64,000 nt of DNA from Phyllobates terribilis (lineage: Eukaryota), in assembly GCF_046119375.1 (NCBI RefSeq), contig NW_027362761.1:819640001-819704000 (forward strand), in the 5' to 3' direction. The translations under genes and the position numbers were made by a program. The notes beneath the pieces are model-generated. The model made no database searches. It was given only the letters and a program-made list of their open reading frames with translations, and had not been told where the DNA came from. This document shows, piece after piece, positions 54,083-64,000 of this stretch (position 1 is the first letter of the stretch; every line of letters begins with the position of its first letter).

Positions 54083-54129
54083 ACACGCCCCGGAAGAAGC
54101 GACATTGCGAAACGGCGTCCGTCGGGTGT
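54083..54129 (+). ncRNA. Minimal type I hammerhead ribozyme-like fold (core variant CGGAAGA)
   Basis: Stem I acgccc/gggtgt, core CGGAAGA, stem II GC-gacatt-GC, GAAA, stem III ACGG-cgt-CCGT, GUC cleavage triplet ending at 54123. Confidence 0.6.
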
Positions 54130-57100
54130 AGGGGGAGGACACGTTGGTCCACTTCCTGAATCAGGTAATCATGTTTTCCTACTAGGTTCCTGCGTTGCTT
54201 CAGTATTTTTGCTTTGGCTTTACAGTCTGGACCTATGATAAGCTCGCTGTTGCTTTGCTCTATTTAAACCTTATTGAGATCTGAGATGCATTTAGTAATG
54301 ACTACTTCCCTTGTCGCACATGCGCTATACTAGGACACTGTAGTCCTCTTATAAGTATATCTCTTTATTGCCTGGATTCTACCACATGAGGTGTGTTATC
54401 CTGTAAACATATTCATGTATTATATATGCTAGCAGTGGACCTTTTAGTGTTTTCCATTCCCCCATTTTTTGGAGGTTTTCCCTTGTCTAATTTTAATGTA
54501 TCTTTTATTTTTGAACTGAATAAATATTGGTTTCATTTTTTCATATCTTGTCAGAATCTCTTCTTGTCTTGCGGTTATGTGCCGCGTCAGACCTCTTTTG
54601 TGTTATTATAGTTTGGAAGCTGTCTGACCTCATGGTTTTGGACTACATTTGAATTAATAATGCAGGACAATGCCAGACTTCATGTGACTGGAGTGTCAGC
54701 AGATCCTACAAGATGAAGGCATTGAAGCTATGGACTGGCCCGCCTGTTCCCCAGACCTGAATCCGATTGAGCACATCTGGGACATCATGTCTCGCTCCAT
54801 CCACCAACGTCATGTTGCACCACAGACTGTACAGGAGTTGGCTGATGCTTTAGTCTGGGAGGAGATCCCACAGGAGACCATCCGCAACCTCATCAGGAGC
54901 ATGCCCAGGCATTGTAGGGAGGTCATACAGGCACGTGGAGGCCACACACAATACTGAGCCTCATTTTGACTTGTTTTAAGGACATTACATGAAAGTTGGA
55001 TCAGCCTGTAGTGTTTTTCCACTTTAATTTTGGGGGTGACTCCAAATCCAGGCCTCCATTGGTTAATAAATTTGATTTCCATTGATGATTTTTGTGTGAT
55101 TTTGTTGTCAGCACATTCAACTTTGTACAGAACAAAGTATTCAATGAGAATATTTCATTCATTCAGATCTAGGATGTGTTATTTGAGTGTTCCCTTTATT
55201 TTTTTGAGCAGTGTATTTATTTAAAGTGCAGGCAATTCAAAAAGTAAAGATATTTCAGTCATCTGACCTTCATTAGTATAACAGATTGCACAAGACAGTG
55301 TCAATTTATTACGAGTGCCAAGTTTTTTTCAATTGTTTTCAGGTGGGCACATGAACCCCGGCCATTGGTGCAGAAGGCAGGAAGGCACGTTGAAAGTGAG
55401 GATTTAGCACACGCAGGAAACTCAGGGCCAGTAGAATAGGTGAAGAGGAGCAAAGTAAGGCTGAATGCAACATAAACCCAGACCAGCAGGTCTGCAGTTT
55501 TAGTGCATTTCTGCAGTGGAAACGCATCAAAAGCGCATGTAAATCGGCACATGTCTGTATCAATAAAATTTTGTCACAGCTAAATATCAGGAAGTATCAA
55601 TAACAAAACAGCTTTATTTAAAGTGTGACATAAGAAGAAACAAAAAAAAACGCATGTAAAGACGTGCAATAAAGACATAGGTGCAGAAAACCTGCAACAT
55701 CATAAACTCAATGTGGAAAAGTGGCCTAAAGAGGGGTTTTTTCGCCACTCAAGGAGGGTAATAAAGAGTGAGCACACACTGGCGTAATGGAGACCACAGC
55801 CCGTCACACAAACGATGCGCCTCATCCAGTGACCGAGGACATGGCTATTGGTCAGCGTCTGGCCTGTCCACCCTACACCCAGCTCTACACCTTCACTGTG
55901 GCCCATCCACACTACACCCAACTCTACACCTTCACTACGGCCTGTCCACACTACACCCAGTCCACACTACACCCAGCAATACACCTTCACTACGGCCTGT
56001 CCACACTACACCCAGCTCTACACCTTCACTACGGCCCGTCCACACTACACCCAGTCCACACTACACCCAGCAATACACCTTCACTACGGCCTGTCCACAC
56101 TACACCCAGCTCTACACCTTCACTACGAGCTGTCCACACTACACCCAGCTCTACATCTTCAGTACGGCCCGTCCACACTACACCCAGCAATACACCTTCA
56201 TTACAGCCCGTCCACACTACACCCAGCTCTACACCTTCACTGTGGCCCGTCCACACTACACCCAGCTCTACATCTTCAGTACGGCCCGTCCACACTACAC
56301 CCAGCAATACACCTTCATTACAGCCCGTCCACACTACACCCAGCTCTACACCTTCACTGTGGCCCGTCCACACTACACCCAGCTCTACACCTTCACTGTG
56401 GCCTGTCCACACTACACCCAGCTCTACACCTTCACTGTGGCCCGTCCACACTACACCCAGCAATACACCTTCACTACGGCCCGTCAACACTACACCCAGC
56501 TCTACACCTTCACTGTGGCCTGTCCACATTACACCCAACCCTACACCTTCACTGGGGCCTGTCCACACTACACCCAGCTCTACACCTTCACTACGGCCCC
56601 TCCACACTACACCCAGCTCTACACCTTCACTGTGGCCCGTCCACACTACACCCAACTCTACACCTTCACTGGGGCCTGTCCACACTACACCCAGCTCTAC
56701 ACCTTCACTACGAGCTGTCCACACTACACCCAGCTCTACATCTTCACTACGGCCCGTCCACACTACACCCAGCAATACACCTTCACTGTGGCCCGTCCAC
56801 GCTACACCCAGCTCTACACCTTCACTGTGGCCCGTCCACGCTACACCCAGCTCTACACCTTCACTGTGGCCCGTCCACGCTACACCCAGCTCTACACCTT
56901 CACTGTGGCCCGTCCACGCTACACCCAGCTCTACACCTTCACTGTGGCCCGTCCACGCTACACCCAGCTCTACACCTTCACTGTGGCCCGTCCACGCTAC
57001 ACCCAGCTCTACACCTTCACTGTGGCCCGTCCACGCTACACCCAGCTCTACACCTTTACTGTGGCCCGTCCACACTACACCCAGCAATACACCTTCACTA

Positions 57101-58181
57101 CGGCCCGTCAACACTACACCCAGCTCTACACCTTCACTGTGGCCTGTCCACATTACACCCAACTCTACACCTTCACTGGGGCCTGTCCACACTACACCCA
57201 GCTCTACACCTTCACTACGGCCCGTCCTCACTACACCCAGCTCTACACCTTCACTGTGGCCTGTCCACACTACACCCAGCTCTACACCTTCACTACGGCC
57301 CCTCCACACTACACCCAGCTCTACACCTTCACTGTGGCCCGTCCACACTACACCCAACTCTACACCTTCACTGGGGCCTGTCCACACTACACCCAGCTCT
57401 ACACCTTCACTACGAGCTGTCCACACTACACCCAGCTCTACATCTTCACTACGGCCCGTCCACACTACACCCAGCAATACACCTTCACTGTGGCCCGTCC
57501 ACGCTACACCCAGCTCTACACCTTCACTGTGGCCCGTCCACGCTACACCCAGCTCTACACCTTCACTGTGGCCCGTCCACGCTACACCCAGCTCTACACC
57601 TTCACTGTGGCCCGTCCACGCTACACCCAGCTCTACACCTTCACTGTGGCCCGTCCACGCTACACCCAGCTCTACACCTTCACTGTGGCCCGTCCACGCT
57701 ACACCCAGCTCTACACCTTCACTGTGGCCCGTCCACGCTACACCCAGCTCTACACCTTCACTGTGGCCCATCCACACTACACCCCGCTCTACACCTTCAC
57801 TGTGGCCCGTCCACACTACACCCCGCTCTACACCTTCACTGTGGCCCGTCCACACTACACCCCGCTCTACACTTTCACTGTGGCCCATCCACACTACACC
57901 CCGCTCTACACCTTCACTGTGGCCCGTCCACACTACACCCAGCAATACACCTTCACTGTGGCCCGTCCACACTACACCCCGCTCTACACCTTCACTGTGG
58001 CCCGTCCACACTACACCCCGCTCTACACCTTCACTGTGGCCCGTCCACACTACACCCCGCTCTACACCTTCACTGTGGCCCGTCCACACTACACCCAGCT
58101 CTACACCTTCACTGTGGCCCGTCCACACTACACCCCGCTCTACACCTTCACTGTGGCCCGTCCACACTACACCCCGCTCTA

Positions 58182-59751
58182 CAGTCATGGCCAAAAGTTT
58201 TGAGAATGACACCAAAATTATATTTTCACATGATCTGCTGGCCTCTGGTTTTTATTAGTGTTTGTCTGATGTTTATATCACATGCAGAAATATAATTGCA
58301 ATCATATTATGAGTACCAATAGGTTATATTGACAGTTAGAATGAGTTAATGCAGCAAGTCAATATTTGCAGTGTTGCCCCTTCTTCTTCAAGACCTCTGT
58401 AATTCTCCCTGGCATGCTCTCAATCAACTTTTGGACCAAATCCTGACTGATAGCAGTCCATTCTTGCATAATCAATGCTTGCATTTTGCCAGAATTTGTT
58501 GGTTTTTGTTTGTCCACCCGTCTCTTGATGATTGACCACAAGTTCTCAATGGGATTAAGATCTGGGGAGTTTCCAAGCCATGGACCCAAAATCTCTATGT
58601 TTTGTTCCATGAGCCATTTAGTTATCACCTTTGCTTTATGGCAAGGTGCTCCATCATGCTGGAAAAGGCATTGTTGGGCGCCAAACTGCTCTTGGACGGT
58701 TGGGAGAAGTTGCTCTTGGAGGACATTCTGGTACCATTCTTTATTCATGGCTGTGTTTTTAGGCAAGACTGTGAGTGAGCCGATTCCCTTGGCTGAGAAG
58801 CAACCCCACACATGAATGGTTTCAGGATGCTTTACAGTTGGCATGAGACAAGACTGGTGGTAGCGCTCACCTCTTCTTCTCCGAATAAGCTGTTTTCCAG
58901 ATGTCCCAAACAATCGAAAAGGGGATTCATCAGAGAAAATGACTTTGCCCCAGTCCTCAGAAGTCCACTCCCTGTACCTTTTGCAGAATATCAGTCGGTC
59001 CCTGATGTTTTTTCTGGAGAGAAGTGGCTTCTTTGCTGCCCTCCTTGAAACCAGCCCTTGCTCAAAGAGTCTCCACCTCACAGTGCGTGCAGAAGCACTC
59101 ACACCAGCCTGCTGCCATTCCTGAGCAAGCTCGGCACTGCTGGTAGTCCGATCCCGCAGCTGAAACAGTTTTAAGATACGGTCCTGGCGCTTGCTGGTCT
59201 TTCTTGGGCGCCCTGGAGCCTTTTTGACAACAATGGAAGCTCTCTCCTTGAAGTTCTTGATGATGCGATAGATTGTTGACTGAGGTGCAATCTTTGTAGC
59301 TGCGATACTCTTCCCTGTTAGGCCATTTTTGTGCAGTGCAATGATGGCTGCACGTGTTTCTTTAGAGATAACCATGGTTAACTGAAGAGAAACAATGATA
59401 CCAAGAACCTGCCTCCTTTTAAAGTGTCCAGTGATGTCATTCTTACTTAATCATGACTGATTGATCGCCAGCCCTGTCCTCATCAACACCCACACCTGTG
59501 TTAATGGATCAATCACTAAAACGATGTTAGCTGCTCCTTTTAAGGCAGGACTGTAATGATGTTGAAATGTGTTTTGGGGGTTAAAGTTCATTTTCTGGGC
59601 AAATATTGACTTTGCAAGTACAGTAATTGCTGTTAAGCTGATCACTCTTTGACATTCAGGAGTATATGCAAATTGCCATTACAAAAAATGAAGCAATAAA
59701 CTTTGGAAAAATTACTATTTGTCTCATTCTCAATACTTTTGGCCATGACTG
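58182..59751 (-). mobile_element. Full-length Tc1/mariner DD35E (Traveler-type) element
   Basis: TA|CAGTCATGGCCAAAAG...CTTTTGGCCATGACTG|TA. Confidence 0.96.
58359..59375 (-). CDS. Intact 338-aa DD35E transposase
   Basis: ATG start, [27 protein letters not shown] with 35-residue spacing; WLGN where WPGN is usual. Confidence 0.93.
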   Translation of the reverse strand: MVISKETRAAIIALHKNGLTGKSIAATKIAPQSTIYRIIKNFKERASIVVKKAPGRPRKTSKRQDRILKLFQLRDRTTSSAELAQEWQQAGVSASARTVRWRLFEQGLVSRRAAKKPLLSRKNIRDRLIFCKRYREWTSEDWGKVIFSDESPFRLFGTSGKQLIRRRRGERYHQSCLMPTVKHPETIHVWGCFSAKGIGSLTVLPKNTAMNKEWYQNVLQEQLLPTVQEQFGAQQCLFQHDGAPCHKAKVITKWLMEQNIEILGPWLGNSPDLNPIENLWSIIKRRVDKQKPTNSGKMQALIMQEWTAISQDLVQKLIESMPGRITEVLKKKGQHCKY

Positions 59752-60349
59752 TACACCTTCACTGTGGCCCGTCCACACTACACCCCGCTCTACACCTTCA
59801 CTGTGGCCCGTCCACACTACACCCAGCTCTACTCCTTCACTGTGGCCCGTCCACACTACACCCCGCTCTACACCTTCACTGTGGCCTGTCCACGCTACAC
59901 CCCGCTCTACACCTTCACTGTGGCCTGTCCACGCTACACCCAGCTCTACACCTTCACTGTGGCCCGTCCACACTACACCCAACTCTACACCTTCACTGTG
60001 GCCCGTCCACTCTACACCCAACTCTACACCTTCACTGTGGACCATCCACACTACACCCCGCTCTACACCTTCACTGTTGCCCGTCCACACTACACCCCGC
60101 TCTACACCTTCACTGTGGCCCGTCCACACTACACCCCGCTCTACACCTTCACTGTGGCCCGTCCACGCTACACCCAGCTCTACTCCTTCACTGTGGCCCG
60201 TCCACACTACACCCCGCTCTACACCTTCACTGTGGCCTGTCTACGCTACACCCAGCTCTACACCTTCACTGTGGCCCGTCCACGATGCACCCAGCTCTAC
60301 ATCTTCACTGTTTCCATTGTTCATTGTTTGTGGTCAATAAAGTTTTCAC

Positions 60350-60800
60350 GTGAGGCGGAAGCCTCTGCCCAGCGTCCAGCCTCGTGGATAGCGCCGCCCT
60401 AATACGCGGTGACGTCAACGGGGTGTGTCGTTTTTCCTTACAGTACGCCTGTGGGGCACGTCCTCGCGCGAAGGCTGCTGGGTTCTGATCTCACGGAGGT
60501 CGCGTAATTGACGGAACGCTGCGTCACTCTTATGACGTCACAGTCACGACACCATATTCCCCGCCCTGCAGCTGACGCCGCCCGTAACCCGAGGGTGAAC
60601 ACAACAATAACAACGTGTTTCTGTCGGCAGTTGGGGCCCGGGGCTCCTCCTGCTTCTGGGGATAGCGGCCGCGTCACCGGCTGTGGTCGAGGTTAGTGCG
60701 ACACTGGATCGCTAGCAGCGGGGAGGCCATTGTGTGCTCGGCGCTGACTGCGGCTCCCAGCGGGTGAGCTCGGGCTGTGTCCGCGGCTGTTACTGAGGGT
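60350..60800 (+). promoter_or_regulatory. CpG-island promoter and probable non-coding first exon ending at 60763 (possibly g3bp2)
   Basis: CpG-dense and not repeat-like, with two TGACGTCA CRE sites (about 60410 and 60533), a GCCATT motif and the donor cagcgg|gtgagc. Gene identity is inferred only from mammalian G3BP2-USO1 head-to-head synteny. Confidence 0.5.
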
Positions 60801-61084
60801 TACAGACTAACATGGAGCTGTGCTGGGACCTATGTCCGACACGACCTGGATATCGTACTGTCACAGGCAGTCAGCCTGCAGGTAGTGATGTCACTGGTGC
60901 CCCCCGCATGCTCAGGCTGTAGGGGGCTCATGGGGAGCTCAGTGCAGGGACCCCACAGCTCTATCAGGACTGTAGTATGGGGTGAGCTTGGGCTGAGAGC
61001 ACTCCTGTCCTGTAGATGGGTCATATATGTCTGATTGCTGGGAGACCCCTGATTACCAGAGCGGGGACCCCACTGCTCCCCCAT

Positions 61085-63150
61085 ACAGGTGTATGGCCCG
61101 AGAGCGTAGGTCCCGCTGCTCCCCCCCCCCCCATCCCCCGTACGTGTCTGAGAGCGGAGGTCTCTCTGTTTTCCCCCCGTACGTGTCTGTGGCCCAAGAG
61201 CGGAGGTCCCTCTGCTTTCCCCCCGTACGTGTCTGTGGCCCGAAAGCGGAGGTCCCTCTGCTTTCCTCCCCGTACGTGTCTGTGGCCCGAAAGCGGAGGT
61301 CCCTCTGCTTCCCCCCCCCCGTACGAGTCTGTGGCCCGAAAGCGGAGGTCCCTCTGCTTTCCCCCCCGTACGTGTCTGTGGCCCGAAAGCGGAGGTCCCT
61401 CTGCTTTCCCCCCCGTACGTGTCTGTGGCCCGAAAGCGGAGGTCCCTCTGCTTTCCCCCCCGTACGTGTCTGTGGCCCGAAAGCGGAGGTCCCTCTGCTT
61501 TCCCCCCCGTACGTGTCTGTGGCCCGAAAGCGGAGGTCCCTCTGCTCCCCCCCCCGTACGTGTCTGTGGCCCGAAAGCGGAGGTCCCTCTGCTTCCCCCC
61601 CCGTACGTGTCTGTGGCCCGAAAGCGGAGGTCCCTCTGCTTCCCCCCCCGTACGTGTCTGTGGCCCGAGAGCGGAGGTCCCTCTGCTTTCCCCCCGTACG
61701 TGTCTGTGGCCCGAGAGCGGAGGTCCCTCTGCTTTCCCCCCGTACGTGTCTGTGGCCCGAGAGCGGAGGTCCCTCTGCTTTCCCCCCGTACGTGTCTGTG
61801 GCCCGAGAGCGGAGGTCCCTCTGCTTTCCCCCCGTACGTGTCTGTGGCCCGAGAGCGGAGGTCCCTCTGCTTTCCCCCCGTACGTGTCTGTGGCCCGAGA
61901 GCGGAGGTCCCTCTGCTTTCCCCCCGTACGTGTCTGTGGCCCGAGAGCGGAGGTCCCTCTGCTTTCCCCCCGTACGTGTCTGTGGCCCGAGAGCGGAGGT
62001 CCCTCTGCTTTCCCCCCGTACGTGTCTGTGGCCCGAGAGCGGAGGTCCCTCTGCTTTCCCCCCGTACGTGTCTGTGGCCCGAGAGCGGAGGTCCCTCTGC
62101 TTTCCCCCCGTACGTGTCTGTGGCCCGAGAGCGGAGGTCCCTCTGCTTTCCCCCCGTACGTGTCTGTGGCCCGAGAGCGGAGGTCCCTCTGCTTTCCCCC
62201 CGTACGTGTCTGTGGCCCGAGAGCGGAGGTCCCTCTGCTTTCCCCCCGTACGTGTCTGTGGCCCGAGAGCGGAGGTCCCTCTGCTTTCCCCCCGTACGTG
62301 TCTGTGGCCCGAGAGCGGAGGTCCCTCTGCTTTCCCCCCGTACGTGTCTGTGGCCCGAGAGCGGAGGTCCCTCTGCTTTCCCCCCGTACGTGTCTGTGGC
62401 CCGAGAGCGGAGGTCCCTCTGCTTTCCCCCCGTACGTGTCTGTGGCCCGAGAGCGGAGGTCCCTCTGCTTTCCCCCCGTACGTGTCTGTGGCCCGAGAGC
62501 GGAGGTCCCTCTGCTTTCCCCCCGTACGTGTCTGTGGCCCGAGAGCGGAGGTCCCTCTGCTTTCCCCCCGTACGTGTCTGTGGCCCGAGAGCGGAGGTCC
62601 CTCTGCTTTCCCCCCGTACGTGTCTGTGGCCCGAGAGCGGAGGTCCCTCTGCTTTCCCCCCGTACGTGTCTGTGGCCCGAGAGCGGAGGTCCCTCTGCTT
62701 TCCCCCCGTAGGTGTCTGTGGCCCGAGAGCGGAGGTCCCTCTGCTTTCCCCCCGTACGTGTCTGTGGCCCGAGAGCGGAGGTCCCTCTGCTTTCCCCCCG
62801 TACGTGTCTGTGGCCCGAGAGCGGAGGTCCCTCTGCTTTCCCCCCGTACGTGTCTGTGGCCCGAGAGCGGAGGTCCCGCTGCTTTCCCCCCGTACGTGTC
62901 TGTGGCCCGAGAGCGGAGGTCCAGCTGCTCCCCCCCATCCCCCGTACGTGTCTGAGAGCGGAGGTCTCTCTGTTTTCCCCCCGTACGTGTCTGGCCCAAG
63001 AGCGGAGGTCCCTCTGCTTTCTCCCCCCGTACGTGTCTGTGGCCCGAGACCGGAGGTCCCTCTGCTTTCCCCCCCGTACGTGTCTATGGCCCGAGACCGG
63101 AGGTCCCTCTGCTTTTCCCCCCATACGTGTCTGTGGCCCGAGACCGGAGG
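61085..63150. repeat. 46-bp CpG-rich minisatellite, about 44 units
   Basis: Unit ccccccgtacgtgtctgtggcccga(g/a)agcggaggtccctctgcttt. Confidence 0.96.
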
Positions 63151-63702
63151 TTTGTTCTCCTTGTCTACATAGATATGAGGGGAGCTGCAGGGTGTGTCCT
63201 TGGCCGTCTTTTTATTTCCACTGCTCCTTGCTGTGGAATAACTGGGGGCTCCAGACCCCTTGCCATCAGGACAAGGGACAATGTTGAGAGCAGAATTCTG
63301 TCTGTCTCCAAAAACTGTAAGAATAAAATAAAAAAATAATTTTACTCACTTGGTTTAAGGTGACGGCACACGCTGAGGCACAGAGGAGAATGATGCGCAA
63401 ATCGAGCGGACCCCTGACATACGTTGAGCTCCTTAAGCGGTGTCCTGTCACTCAGTGAACTCAGCACAGGTCAGAGACCCGCTCGCTGCAGCGCATCATT
63501 CTTCTCTGCTCCTCAGCCTGTGCAGTCGCCTCAAGCCAGGTGAGTATAATGATTTCTTTTTATTTCATACTTTTACACTTGTTGGAGACATTGGGAGCAG
63601 ACTACTACTCTAAACACTGTCCCTTTCTCTCACTGATCGCAGCGCAAGCAGGGGACAATGATGAGCGATTCCTTCAGCACCAAATGCTTGGGAACAGCGC
63701 TA

Positions 63703-64000
63703 AGGCTGTGCGCCCACGATGCGTTTAAGCGTTTCCGCAGCGGCAAAAACACTGCAGAAACGCTTAAAACACGCATGGTAGAAGGCCTGCCATGTTCCCC
63801 AATGATAATCCGCATGTGCTTTGCACATGCTGCGGAAATTTCCACTGTGGGTTATCATTGCGGAAAAAAATGCAGCACTACCAATTATTTTGCGGAAGCG
63901 CTGCGTTTTTGCCGCCATTGACTTGCATTGAAAGCATGGATTACACATCACTGTATATGTAGATGCCCATTCCACGCATTTCAATGTGCGGATGGTACCC
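63703..64000. mobile_element. MITE of the 852-1655 family in the opposite orientation, running off the window
   Basis: Reverse complement of about 1370-1655. Confidence 0.75.

Larger units (their letters stand above)
49900..54658. mobile_element. Penelope-like palindromic insertion (about 1.7-kb inverted arms) flanked by a 13-bp duplication
   Basis: 49897-about 51600 is the reverse complement of about 51660-52277 plus 53522-54607. AATGCAGGACAAT occurs at 49887-49899 and 54659-54671. Each arm has a hammerhead-like motif. Confidence 0.7.
48600..55213 (+). mobile_element. Degenerate Tc1 (DD34E-type) element hosting nested insertions
   Basis: TA|CACTGCTCAAAAAAATAAAGGGAACAC...GTGTTCCCTTTATTTTTTTGAGCAGTG|TA. 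Transposase pieces at 48897-49189, 49465-49899 and 54659-54957 ([16 protein letters not shown]). Confidence 0.9.
55850..60310. repeat. 39-bp minisatellite with higher-order structure, interrupted by a Tc1 element
   Basis: Unit actgtggcccgtccacactacacccagctctacaccttc; blocks 55850-58181 and 59752-60310. Confidence 0.96.

Noticed and set aside
55768-60402. Mucin-like or His-rich ORFs of 183-823 aa
   Set aside because: Translations of a 39-bp minisatellite, open in several frames at once, with no splice or promoter support.
60830-63287. 430-764 aa ORFs
   Set aside because: Translations of the 46-bp minisatellite.

Overview
Repeat-rich vertebrate DNA, most likely from a frog; this is inferred from the TTAA-type MITEs, DIRS, Penelope-like and Tc1 families and the L2/L1 styles. 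The left third holds the 5' half of uso1 (p115 vesicle tether) on the minus strand: coding exons 1-5, with reading phases that join correctly, plus a probable 12-nt microexon. The standout lies head-to-head with uso1, about 1.9 kb from its ATG: an uninterrupted 486-codon ORF (22495-23955, +) whose motifs resemble a negative-strand RNA virus nucleoprotein, best matching chuvirus (Jingchuvirales) N. It appears to be a host-style two-exon gene. A non-coding exon leaves the uso1 CpG-island promoter and splices to an acceptor that has been amplified into a minisatellite, followed by a strong Kozak ATG, the intact ORF and poly(A) signals. It is therefore a candidate domesticated non-retroviral endogenous viral element. 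The viral assignment rests on motif recognition only; no search was run. The rest of the window contains Tc1/mariner elements of three catalytic classes (DD34E, DD35E, DD38E; two with intact transposase ORFs), a roughly 3.5-kb Penelope-like palindrome with hammerhead-ribozyme folds nested inside a Tc1, solo LTRs, a DIRS remnant, LINE fragments and five large minisatellites that generate most of the long spurious ORFs. A second CpG island with a first-exon-like donor at about 60.4-60.8 kb may be the g3bp2 promoter (synteny inference).
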